This document shows positions 39,708 through 53,790 of a stretch of 64,000 nt of DNA, in pieces. A program made the translations under genes and the position numbers. A model generated the notes under the pieces. The model had not been told where the DNA came from and searched no databases. It was given only the letters and a program-made list of their open reading frames with translations. Numbering within the stretch: the first letter of the stretch is position 1; each line of letters begins with the position of its first letter. This stretch comes from Octopus sinensis (Eukaryota): the NCBI RefSeq assembly GCF_006345805.1, contig NC_042999.1:18662001-18726000 (forward strand), given 5' to 3'.

Positions 39708-39764
39708 CTATCACTGACGAAGGGAGGGTTCTTTTTGAACTAACCCTGAAATCGGTTTATATAG
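39708..39764 (+). ncRNA. type I hammerhead ribozyme motif with canonical core
   Basis: CUAUCA-CUGACGA-AGGG ag GGUUC uuuuu GAACU aa CCCU-GAAA-UCGG-UU-UAUAUAG; long stem II; stem III AUCGGU is one change from the palindrome ACCGGU; stem I imperfect. Confidence 0.65.
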
Positions 39765-40176
39765 TAATAATGGAATTTTTTTAGAGATTTCTGTCCACCT
39801 TTTTTCGAGTAGGGTGCGTACTGGGAAAAAAATTATAAGGTAAATGGACAGTATGTCCAATTTTCGGCATATTTGGCGTTAGAAATCTTTTCGTTTGCCC
39901 TTGTTTATAAGTTGTTTATAATTTAACCTTTAAAGGTATTTTTTAATATGCTGGCCATTGATAAAATGTTTTCGAAAAAATGTTATCCTACATTAGATAT
40001 ACATATATATATATATTTCTAATGTAGGATAAAATACATACGTATATACATATGTGCCGATTTGAAGGGCGTCAGTGCTGTGACGTCAATGAAAATGGCC
40101 CTATTACCATTTGATAATGTATAGTCACTTTTACCTAAGACGGTCTACATTGGAATGCTAAAGATGTACACGCTTT

Positions 40177-40404
40177 CTATTTCTTTACTGCCCACAAGGG
40201 GCTAAACACAGAGAGGACAAACAAGGACAGACGGATTAAGTCGATTACATCGACCCCAATGCGTAACTGGTACTTAATTTATCGACCCCGAAAGGATGAA
40301 AGGCAAAGTCGACCTCGGTGGAATTTGAACTCAGAACGTAACGGCAGACGAAATACGGCTGCGCATTTCGCCCGGCGTACTAACGTTTCTGCCAGCTCGC
40401 CGCC
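40177..40404 (-). mobile_element. tRNA-SINE family A, full length
   Basis: Close match to 57457-57691. Confidence 0.9.
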
Positions 40405-41502
40405 AGATGTACACGCTTCCACTGACCCCGGTCCGTGTTTTGTGCTATTTTCCTCCTAACAACAGTGAAACTTAAGAGAAAAATATTGAAGACTGTTCAA
40501 CAGTGTAGAATAATCTAAGTACAGAAATACATTCAATTTAGAACTGTCACTTTCCAGTTTTCAATATACGAACTATAATAAAATCAATAATCATGGCATC
40601 AAACACAACTACAATACTAACGAATGGAAATTGAAAGGAAATATGAAACTATATGAGTAGAAATGAAATATAAATCTTTTGTTGACATTTTAATGTTTTC
40701 ATTCAGACTTCAGTGGCGATATTTCTTAAAACCTCATTTCTCGTTCGTCGACTTTTGTTAACGAGGTTGCCTTATAGTCAGTAAATGGCCCAGCAATGAT
40801 TTGCTTAGTAAACCATTCCGAATATTTATTTCTAACGAAATATATCTAACTTGCTTTAACTATTGACATGTTGTATTTGGCTAAATTTGGTAATGTCGTT
40901 TGCTCTGTAATTGTAGGTAATTCCTGCTGCAGAAAAATAGAGGTGCCGCCGCATAAATTCCAAACCACAAAACAACAGATTATTTGGTTTAAATTATAAA
41001 GCTATAAGACACTTGCTATAAATTTTGTAACGTAATATCATGAGTAATATAGGTTATATGTAATTAACGATCATGATATGTGAAATGACGAAGTTACCGA
41101 GAAAATGAATTGCTGAGTTTAGTTATCTCTCTTTTTCTCTGTGACTTCAAGTTAACGTCCCAGAAATTAATGAAGCATTATATCAAATACTAGTCAAGGA
41201 AAACTTGGCTGCGTCAAAGGAATTGTGCGTTTATAACTAAAATGAATATTGACGAATTCCAAGGAATGTAAATATAAATACAAGTGCATTATTTGTAAGT
41301 CACTATTTCTCATTTAAATATGTTAATCTTTATATATTTTATGCCCCAGACTTGTGGGCACGAAATAATTTTCAACTTTTCAAGTAAATCAATAAATAAT
41401 TTAAATATAAATAGGGGTCTCTAGAAACCGTATAAATATAATATATAACCACACACACGTACACACCCAGTCATACGCACACACATATATACACACACAT
41501 AT

Positions 41503-41894
41503 ACTCTTTACTCTTTTACTTGTTTCAGTCATTTGACTGTGGCCATGCTAGAGCACCGCATTTAGTCGAGCAAATCGACCCCAGGACTTATTCTTTGTAA
41601 GTCTAGTACTTATTCTATCAGTCTCTTTTCCCGAACCGCTGAATTACGGAACGTAAACTCACCAGCTTCGGTTATCAAGCGATGTTGAGAGGAGAAACAC
41701 GAACACATAAATACACACACACACATACATATATACGTAGGACTTCTTTCAGTTTCCATCTACCAAATCCACTCATAATGCTTTGGTCGGCTCGAGGCTA
41801 TAGTAGAAGACACTTGGCCAAGGTGCCACGCAGTGGGAATGAACCCGGAACCATGTGGTGAGCAAGCTACTTACCACACTTCCACTCCTGTGCC
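41503..41894 (-). mobile_element. tRNA-SINE family D, full length
   Basis: Reverse complement of the 13852-type sequence. Confidence 0.9.
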
Positions 41895-42203
41895 AATATA
41901 TATTACATATATGTATGTTCACAGGTATTCAGAGAGAACTGACAGATAAATAGCTATATGCACACTAACATACAAAAACATACATCCACTCTTATGTATG
42001 CGTATATTTATACATCTCATAGCTTGAAAACTTGGCCAAAGAGAGATTTTTACGGATATTCAGCCAATATCTATTTTCATTGTTCGAGTGTGCGTGACAT
42101 TTGCTGACTACTAATTTTACAACAATTTTTATTAACAGGTGTGTTGATAAAATTTACAACAATTTTTATTAACTGGTGTGTAATATGGGAGAATTCTGAA
42201 CAC

Positions 42204-42420
42204 ACGTGATGTCTGATCAATAAGTATCCGAACTGTTACCATAGTAACGAAACTAAAGCATGGGAGTAAAGCTACTCGCCACAGATTGGCATGGAACAGT
42301 GCTTTGCATGTAGACTAAGTTTTAACACTGTAGCTCAATGTCGCTGTTTACAGTAGTGCTTGGAAGCAAGGTGTGTAGCGGTTTAAACATCGCATTGACC
42401 ATGACAGAGTAAGTTGTCAT
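42204..42420 (+). mobile_element. mariner 5' end fragment
   Basis: TIR-like GTCTGATCAATAAGTATCCG and transposase start ATGACAGAG(T)AAGTT. Confidence 0.5.
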
Positions 42421-43044
42421 GGTGATACCTGCTGAAGTGTCGTTTTTTATGTTGCTTGTCTTGTTTTCCTTTTGTTTCTTTCGTTGTTCGTAACAAAAGA
42501 GTTCGTATTCCATGTTATCGTATTTCGTATTTTATGTTGTTTTCGTTTTTCATGTTGTTTACGTTCTGTGGTGCTATGTGTCCATATATGCATGTGTATA
42601 TACATATATATGTATGTACATATATGTATATATGCTTATATATCTATATATGATTTATTTTATATATATATCAAAATAAGCAACAAGGATATCCAGAAGT
42701 AATGCAGTTCAAGTTACAACAATGACGTTGTAGATACGTGTTCTTTGTTTCGTAAACTTCTTGGAGATCTTAGGTAAAATTATACTAATGTGTCCTTCTG
42801 TTCTAATTTAATTAAATTCTATGTCTTTGTGCAGCTGAAGATTGCTCTACATTTAAATTGATGTAATGATATGATGGAAATGTTCAATTTAATGGAGTTG
42901 CTGGAAACGATCATACTGCATTACTTCTTGATATCCTTGTTGCTTATTTTGATAATAATCACATTATTTTGAAATTGTATGGATAATACCGTACTAAATT
43001 CTGGTGCCTCAAGTTACGTACTATACTCATCTGAATCTATCTAC

Positions 43045-43076
<32 letters not shown>

Positions 43077-43077
43077 A

Positions 43078-43134
<57 letters not shown>

Positions 43135-43137
<3 letters not shown>

Positions 43138-43350
43138 GTGTGTGTATGTGTGTGTCTTTGTGTCTACGTTTGTCCTCCCACCATCACTTGACATCCGATG
43201 TTGGTATGTTTGTGTCCCCATAGCTTAGGGGCTTGGCAAAATAGACTGATAGAACAAGTTCTAGGTTTACAAAGCGTAAGTCATGGGGTGGTTTTCTTTA
43301 AATAAATATCCCTTTAAGGTGGTGCTCCAACATGGCTGCAAGTAAAAGAT
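43135..43350 (+). mobile_element. family D SINE 3' half
   Basis: CACTTGACATCCGATGTTGG..GGTGGTGCTCCAACATGGCTGC. Confidence 0.75.
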
Positions 43351-45159
43351 TAAAAATCTAAACGGCACAGACAAGCGTCCGTTGCAAACTGGCTGTGCCT
43401 GTGGATCATTGATGTACTTCACAAACTCTTTCACACCCTGTAAACTCATACTGGTTTTTCCGTGAATATATATCGAAATAGCATATCAGTTCATAGACCA
43501 ATATGTAAATCTCTGAGTTTTTATATATAAACTTACGTATAATGGATATGTTTGTGCATAATTAAAGTCCTGATGAAGTGAATGTTAATGCCTAGTTTGA
43601 ACTATTCTATCTAATTGCAATTACAACTGTTGGAATAATGTAACACCAAAGTTGGAGGACCTGGTTGTGTTTCTTTTTCACCAAATATTGATTTGGGATA
43701 GATTAATCTTAATTAATCTTAATTAATAACAGCAAGTCAATTAATATCAACAAGACAATTTTCGGTATGAGAGACCCACTTAACATAAAATATATGAGCT
43801 TGTAGTAAAGTTTTTAATTGATACACACACACATACACACACACACACACACAAACACACGCACGCACACACATACACACACACAAATATATATAACCAT
43901 GTCTCTCACATGCAAAATATTACGTCCGCTCTTTTAAGAAAATTGGTAAAATGTTTGAGAAATCGACCATCTATTTGCAAAGGAAGAAATAAATAAAGTC
44001 ATTATATTTAGATATACTTCTTGATTTCTATTTCGACAAGGTATTTCATTTAAGTAGACTTTGAAATATAAATGTCATTATTTAATAAATTTTGTATCAT
44101 TGCATTCTTTCATTTCATTTGAGAGAGTACTCGTTTGATGAACTGTGTGAAACATCCCAATTAAAATACCAGGTTATCTCTGCTGGATTACCTTTCAGGA
44201 TTTATTCTCCACGAACCAGTTAATTAAGGTCAAAGCAAAGTCAAATATAACAGATGTATAAAAATAAACATTACTGCAATATTTTATAGACAGGTGTAAT
44301 ATATCCTGCTTTAAATTTATGATAAAATTTAAAAGATCTTTTTCGTTTATGAAAAGCTTTAGTACTTTAAGTAGATTAATTCCACTCTGTCATTTACTCT
44401 GAATGAATATGCATATATATTGTCTTATAAGCTGAAAAATATGATAAACTAGTAATTTAATTTGAATGTAACTATGCCCGAAGACAATGTATTTAAGTTT
44501 CGCTTCTTTCTGTTATATAAGGTATACAAATAAAAAAGAATCAGATCGAATGAAAGCGAGAAGAAAAGCGGTTGTTATATAAAATTAAATATAATTTGTT
44601 TATTTAGTGGTGTCTTTTCAGTATTGCATTAAACATTGCTGATATTACCTGACAAGTAAACTGAGACATTGGTATATATATTCTGATTAATTTGAAACTA
44701 TTGTTGAGTAATGATTCGATGTTATATAACAGCCTACCAAATTATGAGACTTTAGAGAATATCAACTTCATAATAACAGTTTCCGGATATATTTTTGTTT
44801 AATTCTCGATTTGTTAAGAGAATATTTCAATTACTGTATTGCCAACATCTTAAATGACCTACGGAATGGAATATTTATATATATAAAGCAAACGAAAGAA
44901 ATGCAGATAAACACAAGGAAATGTCACAGTTTTGAAATAAATAACTGCAATGCATTTAGATTAAAATACATTCAACAGCACGCACGCGCAAATGCACGAA
45001 AATACGCATACGGTCACATGCAGAAACATATATATATATATTTATATGATAATAATAATAATCATAATAATAATAATAATAATATGAGGGAATATTATTC
45101 CAAACTTACGGGGAAAAATTCAATTTAGAAATACAAAATCAAATTTCACAAAGTAAAAT

Positions 45160-45390
45160 ATATATATAACTTAGAAAAAAACCCACCTTTTATCAATTCA
45201 ATAATGAAAAATTAAATTATACCATCTAGAAAATTACATATTATACAAAGATTAAATATAAGATAAAACATACAACAATGATTAAGTAATGTGCCAAAAA
45301 ATAAATAAAACGTATAACGTTATATTTATTATTTTGCACATTACTTAATCATTTTCCATTATTGAATTGATAAAAGGCGTATTTTTTCTA

Positions 45391-45400
<10 letters not shown>
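45160..45400. repeat. about 240-bp imperfect palindrome with a one-sided indel of about 66 bp
   Basis: Outer arms 45160-45210 and 45351-45400; inner arms 45277-45313 and 45317-45353; centre ACGT-ATA-ACGT. Confidence 0.8.
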
Positions 45401-45469
<69 letters not shown>

Positions 45470-45789
45470 CAATTTTGTTATCGATAAACTTGGTTCCTCT
45501 CTACAAACAAAGAATGAATAATATGAATGGAGAAACGTTGTTTCTTTAAAATCTCTGATTACATCACTTCACAAGCTATACATCAACTATTTGATTAAAA
45601 GGTCCGAATATAAAAATACATGGAAGCAGTATGGTGCTTGAATTTTTGGTACGAAACCAGAAGTAGACACACCTCTAAAACTCTTAGACTGAAGCTATGT
45701 TGATTATGGAAGTGCTACTCCCCAACTCAGAAGTGAAGCTTCATATATTTATATATTAAACATTTAATTTCGCAAGCGCGAAATTAAAT

Positions 45790-46110
45790 GTATAATATCA
45801 CAAAAATTTACCGATCGAACCCTAGGTAAGACAAGAAAGGTATATTCGAAACATGTAGATAATATCCCAGGAGAACCACGCCTCAGAGAGATGTGCTGAC
45901 AAATACTGCACACATCCTCGGTAAAAACCCAATAAATATTAAATGTCTGTGTTGCATTACATGAAGTTATTTTGCTACTGCACCTGTCACACCCCCGCTT
46001 CAGAACTTCAGTCATGATGCAACATCTCTTATGCTTCACTCGCCCTAAGAAACTGGGGGTGTTTCGGCGAATGATTGTAACATATAGATTAAAAGTTAAT
46101 AATAATAATA
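45790..46110 (+). mobile_element. 3' end of an R4/Dong-type (RLE) LINE with (AAT)n tail
   Basis: DNIPGEPRLRE...TAHIL peptide remnant, 3' UTR, then (AAT)n. Confidence 0.6.
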
Positions 46111-46546
46111 ATAAGAAGAAGAAGAAGAAGAACAACAACAACAACAACAGCAACAATTACAATAAACGCCAAATTCTGTCCGTCTGTTAAGGACTACTAA
46201 ATGTCAGGATATATTTGCTCTACATAGACATATTATAGTGGTTTGGAATCAGCATCACCCAGGGATGGAAAATCTGCTCTTCAGTTGGATCTTGCACATT
46301 GAGTATTGGGATAAGGTCTGGAACAGAATTGGTTATATGCGAACTGTTGAAAGTCCAAATTCTAAAGAACTCACAATATTTGAGAACTTACAAGATTTTC
46401 ATTGAAACTGATACACTGTTATACTGGTAGCGTATGAAAAAAAGCTTTATTATTATTATTACTGCTGCCAGTTTTGGGCCGCAAGCCCAGTTAGCCTCCG
46501 TGGGTGCGAAGTAAAATGTCCACACGTAGTGTGGATTTTAAGGTAG

Positions 46547-46578
<32 letters not shown>

Positions 46579-49500
46579 CATCCATTTAGCATACATTACA
46601 ACAAATACTGAAACAAATGAACTAGCGTGTCTGTTAAAACAAGATACACCATAAACAGAATGGTTAAGTCCTTTGATATCGTTTTTAAATATCTTACGGT
46701 AAATTTTCACTTCAATTTCCAAATGTAAGCTATTTATGCAGACGAACTGAGAATTGGTAGACAATTGTCGGCGTTACGGTATTGACTTCAATATTATGAA
46801 AACTTTGTGCTTTCTTCACAAGAACTCTAATATCATCACAACGACTTGGGTGTATAGTATTGAAGATAAGGTGGGCTTCAAATTTATTTTATGGGATACT
46901 ATTGAGTTGTATACATCTATTGCGATGGACTACCCATACCTGCGGAAAAAAAAACTTTAAGCCGCCATGCAAATTAAGATAAGTAACTTCAAACTTAGAA
47001 TTACAATAACAATCAGTAAATAACTGTGACGGTTTGTACAGGGTTGATGATAAAGCCAAAATCCTGCTCAACATCTTTCTAATATGATATGAGATGCTGG
47101 AGGTGGATGGTCTCATTGGAAATTTTATCCCTAATATTATTCACAATACAACCTCACTTTTCGAGGCGTAGCAATGATAGACGCTTTTGGCTTAGGCTTA
47201 GATACAAAAGGCTCAACCTATTCTAACTGATGTATTTTGGATTTAAGATAAGGATTACCACATTCCTTTCTATGTAATTCTTGGTAAATTCAATTAATCA
47301 ATAAGTCGAGATAAATCCATTAAGACTAAAGATTATTTCACTACAACAACAGATAATATGATATATTTTACATCACTTGGATCACTACATTCTCATTTCC
47401 GAATCTGTTTTGCTTTCATGCACAGCTTGTAAGTGGATATTTTACATGATATTTTGTGTAAGATATCACAAAGATGAATAATTGTTTAGTCATCTTTCTC
47501 TATTGGTAAAATATATGTAACTCGGCGAGAATGTAGTCGAAAATATGCGCTGACGTTATCGTACCGCCAAGATCATTCGCTAGTGCATGGAACACTTTAT
47601 ACTTGTGGTTAATGTTCATCATTACATTTCTTGGAAGGTTCCTCGTGACTTGCTTTGTTAAAACTGAAATTATATCGATTTCTTATCTTTTCTCTTCATT
47701 TGCAATGAAATTATAATTAATTAGCAAATTCCTCACTACCCACACTAAGTTACATAGCAATAAGCTAATCCTTTCCCATCCCCTATTCTTTCTGACAACA
47801 ATACAGCTTGTGAAAATGAAACGAATTAGATTAAAACCCAAGCTTCAAAATAAGATCACGTGCGTAAATGGAAATACTTGGGCTAATATAATTGACAAGG
47901 TATCATTCGCATCTTCGTTTCAAATTTCGATCATTTATTATTAACCCATTTCCTTTCCAAATGTTATGAAGTTCACTTGAAAATTCTGTTATAGTGATTG
48001 ATCTGTTATAAAATGATTTCTGTCTCATTCATATTAATATTATAACCGATGCTTTCTAACTGAAGATCGTACATTGCAATATCTAATTCATCTAATATAT
48101 ATTGTTACAGAATATCGTTTGTGTATCACAGTAGAGGAAAAAAGATATGCTCAGGTTTAACATATTGAAACCAGCGTGCTTTCTTCACGGAGTGTAGTTT
48201 CCTACTGTAAAAATCATTGTTGCATTCATTTTAATAGAACTATGTGTGATCAATGCACGTGATCATCCGCACGTGCAGCTTGCATGCTTAGTGATCCACT
48301 GTTTCCCAAATGGGTTAACTTTACTTTCATTTCACTTCGTTCTTCATAGGATAATAAAACAGGCAGTGTTATACTCATCTGTAAATGATTAAGAGTTTCC
48401 ATATTACATGAGTCTATATTAACGAGAAGATAGCGAGAAAATCAAACACTCTGGTAAATGTGAGTTAGCATAACTTCTTAGAAAGGCAGATTTTTAAAGC
48501 TTTACTCCTCTTCATGAACGAGGGGAAAGTGATACTTATGAAAGCATGAAATGTTATGTAAAATAATGCATTGCGTTCAGTACCTATCACTCATCACATT
48601 CAAATAATGTTGCACGCTTGAATGCCAAAACAACTTACCTGAAAACGCAAATAAATTAGATATGCTGAAGTCATATTAAAAATTTTGCTGCTAGAATAAA
48701 TTACACCTAGCAAATTACAACAATGAGTTAACTCTTCAGTGAGTTACTTACTATACACAACACCTCATCATAAATAAAGCAATACGCGAAAATATATCCA
48801 TGAAATGCATCCAAAAAACAAATTCTTAACACCTCGCTGCGCATGATTGATTTTTATATTTGATTCATATTTGGAGTAATAGAATTTAATATGCAATTTA
48901 GAAAGCGCATACAATCAGTAATTGCCCCATAAATGATATCAAGTGTAAGGTTGAAATTTGTACGATTTTAATTACATTTTGTCAGTTGTAATCACTCATC
49001 GCATAATTTCGTTGTGTCCAGTATATTACCTCACTGACAATTATACGTTCTTAGGGAATAAATCCTCCTTCTATAATATCGCAGTTACTGATATAAAGTT
49101 TTTCTTAGAAAATTAATAAAAAATATTCTAAAATTAAATCAATATTGTTACATATACTACATTTTATGTACAAAGTTTACAATTTTACATATGACATTGT
49201 AATGCATTTTTACAGCATCTCTTCCTATAAAATTTCCTTGAAATATCATTTATCAAAAATGTTCCTATTTTGATCATAAGCATGAAATGAAATTGAGTTC
49301 TTTTAGACATAGAAAGCGTTTTCGTAAAATTGACATTTTGATGTATTTACGTTTATTTCTTTGTTCCAGCGTAAAAATAGTCTATCGTTCGGAGGGGAGA
49401 AGCATTTTTTTATCAAGCTTTCCAGCAAGGGTAGTTTAGTTCGTATAAGATTTTACCCCCTCCAATATGTATAAATTTAAAGTTTCATTATGCTGAGTGA

Positions 49501-49699
49501 ATTTAATTTTCTGGGCCGTTAATGAAGGTTAAAAGATACCAAGGTGATGTAAAAGACATATATTAGCGCCTGCATCCATTCTAGTGAATTCTTCAAATCT
49601 GAGCTTATATATGATATATAAAAACATGTTACATATCAATAAAAATCCATATTTCTGAGTACTTTATTTTTTCTAATATACAATACCCTCCAACCCTTC

Positions 49700-49795
<96 letters not shown>

Positions 49796-51945
49796 TAGAT
49801 AGATAGATATATAGATAGATAAATAGATAGATAATTTGTATGTGTGTGAATGTAAATATAAGCCAACATATATCCATATATATGTGCATATGTCTGCAAC
49901 ATACATAATTATATACGTCATATCTAAAAACAGAGTCTATGCATATATTTTTCAATTAAAATTGCAGAAACATTCCAAATTTTATTCCTTGCTTCATCGA
50001 ATATAAGCGTTCATTTATTCAGTTATGCATTTTAGTCCAAAATGTGTAGGTTGCTGGGGCGTTGCCAGTAAAATATAGTGTAGATTTTAAATTCTGGGTG
50101 AGCGCTCTGTACCATTCAGCGAAATATCTTTATGAATAGCAAACCAATACATAAGAAAATGAATGAACAGATAGTGTATGAAATATCCCACACCAATTAT
50201 ATTGAACCACAAAAATAATACCTTGTAATTTGTCAATTTCTGCGTTCACATTCTTTAACATCCCAAGGAGTAACGTTACTATACTCCTATAGCAAATATA
50301 ACATAACTAGCTAGAGACATACCGTCATATAATTTAACATACTTTTTACTGAAAATGCAAAACGGCACAACCAATGTATTCCTAAAAATTTAGTATTCAT
50401 TGCTGTATTATGTAACCCTAAATACGAGTTTATTCCAACGTGTTCCATTAAAAGTCGTCCACAATTGAATAACAAATACATGCTGACATGTAAGAAGGGA
50501 GAATTATTTCTCTCCTCATGGAATTGTAAAATTATTATCCTTGTTTACGCCTAATCACAAGAACGAAAATTTACAAAAGTTTTAGCGGATCGTATATCAG
50601 GCTTATGATATCCTTATATTTTAGGCGTTGGCAGGAAAGCAAAATTCCTTTTCATTCACGTCCGAAATATGCCAAATGAAAAGCTGTGATATAATTGGTT
50701 TGGTTCTTAGAAATTTCCTGGCTTCCGTTGTGTTTGCTTATGGAACCATTTTTAGAGACTTTCGAGCTTCAACAAAAAGTGATGTGCAGTTATGGCTATT
50801 TTTCAATACATCGTCAGTTGAAGTTAAGATTAAATTAAATTAAGTTTTAGATTATCGTCAACATTCTGCGACACTTCAATCCAATTCATGAATAGAAAAA
50901 CCGAGGCAAGGTAAATCTATAGTTTATATTTTCATCAAAATTGTTGTGAAAGAAGCCCTCCTCATGCAAGGAGATATAAATTTAAAGAGTGATATATGGC
51001 TATGTATGTATTTATCTGTATATATGTATAAATGCTTACGCGTATATATTTGGGGAAACTATCCAACAGAAATTACGTGGATGCAAAATTCATTTAAATT
51101 TCATTTATACAGAGCTTAATCTTGAAAGTTTATGAATGCTGATTGACTGTAAGATAGATCTCACAAAAGTATATTATCTTTTAAGTAGCGAATGAAAATA
51201 ATTACTTTCTCAATTCCTAGACGCCTTCCTTGTTGATAACACAGAAGTGGATAGGAAATACAAAAGAAATGCGCCAAAAAACAGAAGAGATATTTTAATG
51301 AATCTATGTATTTTGACATATTAAAGTACTCATGCGTACGAATATTTTGGAAGTTAATTGTACCACATCGGTATACAAATATGGAAACAATATTATGTAG
51401 ACGCCTTGTGTGAGATGAGTAATAGAATATATGGCGAAGCTGGTGTTCATTGTGCAGAATTCGAAGCAATCACACTCTGACTAACACATATAGATTCAGA
51501 ATCATATATAATATACTGCATACTTTACATGAAAATTGGGGGGAAAAAGGAAAACGAATATTACTCAGAGGAGAGAGAAAGTGTGTCTGTGTAGATGGTT
51601 TGAATATGATACTGCAATAAACGTTACTGCAATGGATTATTGGAAATAATAGAAAATTATCTGTTGCCATTAGTTATGTTAGCTTGATGGAGTGTAGGAA
51701 GAAGAATAGAATCCGTGATGAGAAAAGAGTAAATGAGACTGGAGTCTAGAAATTCTAGATGAAAAATTAGTTTCAGACATTACAAGGATGAACTCTGATC
51801 CTTTTCAGGCTATTAACTAGAAAAACAATAGGAGGTCAAACATTATACAGACATCAATTTCGATCCCTTGTTGCAGATAGAAAGGAGAGGAATAGAAATT
51901 AAAAGAAAAGAGAAAATAAGAACCGTTACTGTTACTCGTATAATT

Positions 51946-51984
<39 letters not shown>

Positions 51985-52219
51985 GAAAGATGGAGAAAGA
52001 GAAAGAGAGGGAGATGATACACACATACACACCCAGGATTCAGCTTGATTGACTTGTAATTCAAAGCGAAATACTATCACAATTGAAACCAGAGTTACTG
52101 GGATTAACCCAGAAAGGTAAAAGAAAATTACAAAACTCCAAACATTACGATGTTGCTTTCTTTCGAAGAGAGGAAAGCAAGAGATAAAGATATAGCGTAA
52201 TATATATATATATATATAT

Positions 52220-52258
<39 letters not shown>

Positions 52259-52464
52259 TATTTCAATTCATTTACAGGACATGTTAACATCGTGAAGGGC
52301 TGTTTGAATCATCCCGGAAAATACTTGTTCAATACGTAATATTTTTGAGTAATGAAATGACCTTAAAATAAGAGGTATATATTAAGCATATATTTCATAT
52401 CCAGTCAAAAGAAGAATAGAAAATTGAGATAAGGATGTTAAATATTTATTACTGACAAATTACA

Positions 52465-52515
<51 letters not shown>

Positions 52516-53554
52516 CAAACCATATATATAAATATATATATTTATATATACATACAGAGAGAGAGAGAGAGGGGGAGAGAAAGAAACGTATATACGAATA
52601 GATATAAAGCATAAATTAAATAAGCACACCTGTATAAGCATATGCGTATGTAAACATACCTCACATATCTTACGTAATTTTATGCTCACTACTATAAATT
52701 CAAACATGAAATCATTGATCAATTCATTCTAGATTAATCACCCTCAGCTAAATTTAATTTAATCGACACGATCATTCACCGTAAAGTAACAAATTATTTC
52801 AATTATTAATTATCCAAAATGAATCAGTCAAGGTGTCATTAATCTCTGCATTATTATACGACAATAAAGCGTTTGAGATCTAATCTAACTGATGGAAATT
52901 TAAAAGTGCCCATATTAACTTGCACTTTTTCGTATAAAACTGATCACCACAGGATTGCAGTTTATGCCTCTGTTAGTCTTCAATTTTCGTATAAATCCCT
53001 TGAGATGTCGAAATAGGGTCCATGTATTATATGCATTTTTGTGACGCTTGTATTGATTATGGATAATATAAATGCGTTGCTGCTAAGTTTGAACGCCATT
53101 CGTCAATTTTTTAATCCATGCTTTTAGAAAGCGGGAAAGCAGATCGATCACCTACCATATTTAGAATGGGTCATTCTACCTTATTTAGAATGGATCACCA
53201 TGGTTGTCCCTTATTGTAGCAGCCCACGTCTCGCTTGCAAGTGCTTTTGAAAAATGTGAAAGGTATGGTCTTATCTAGCTTTGGTAAGAACACATCTTTC
53301 ATTGCACCTAAATTAGAAGCAGGTACTATTATTGCTAAAATTGTTTGTTTTTACCTCTTTATTGGGGTGTTCTCACTGCATTTCCAGAAGGTGGCCTGTT
53401 CTACGCGGCAATGTACCTGTGGTGAAGAATTTCTTATATTGATGTTGTGAGCATAGTCACATTATTTCTGCTAATGCTGCAACTCCACTTCGTCGTCGTC
53501 CTCCTCCTTCTTCACCTGCTCCTGTTCCTCCTCCTCCTCCTCTTACTCTTACTA

Positions 53555-53790
53555 CTTAAAGAGAAGGAGACACGTCATTATATGATACTGGGGTACAAAT
53601 ATACGAAACCCAATATACCAATTATGACTACCCGTCTGATAAAAGTACACCAAGCACACGACTCCCAACTCTATCTGCATTATGTGACAACCACATATCA
53701 AGATAAACAGCATATGACCTTCCAGGTGGGGCCCAGTTAGGATGTTCTTTAAGTCGAGTAACGCATTTCGCTCAAAAGTTCCCATTGCAA
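53555..53790 (-). mobile_element. family F repeat fragment
   Basis: GACTACCCGTCTGATAA and CAGGTGGGGCCCAGTTAG match the reverse complement of 24150-24340. Confidence 0.75.

Noticed and set aside
40917-40999. Acceptor-like AG followed by (G)NSCCRKIEVPPHKFQ... frame
   Set aside because: Weak polypyrimidine tract, short frame, no corroborating exon
42115-42180. About 37-bp tandem duplication TTTACAACAATTTTTATTAAC.GGTGTG
   Set aside because: Simple local duplication with no further structure
46650-47200. Possible L1/Tx1-type LINE relic on the minus strand (EESTK-like peptide)
   Set aside because: Too degenerate, with many stops, to call without an alignment
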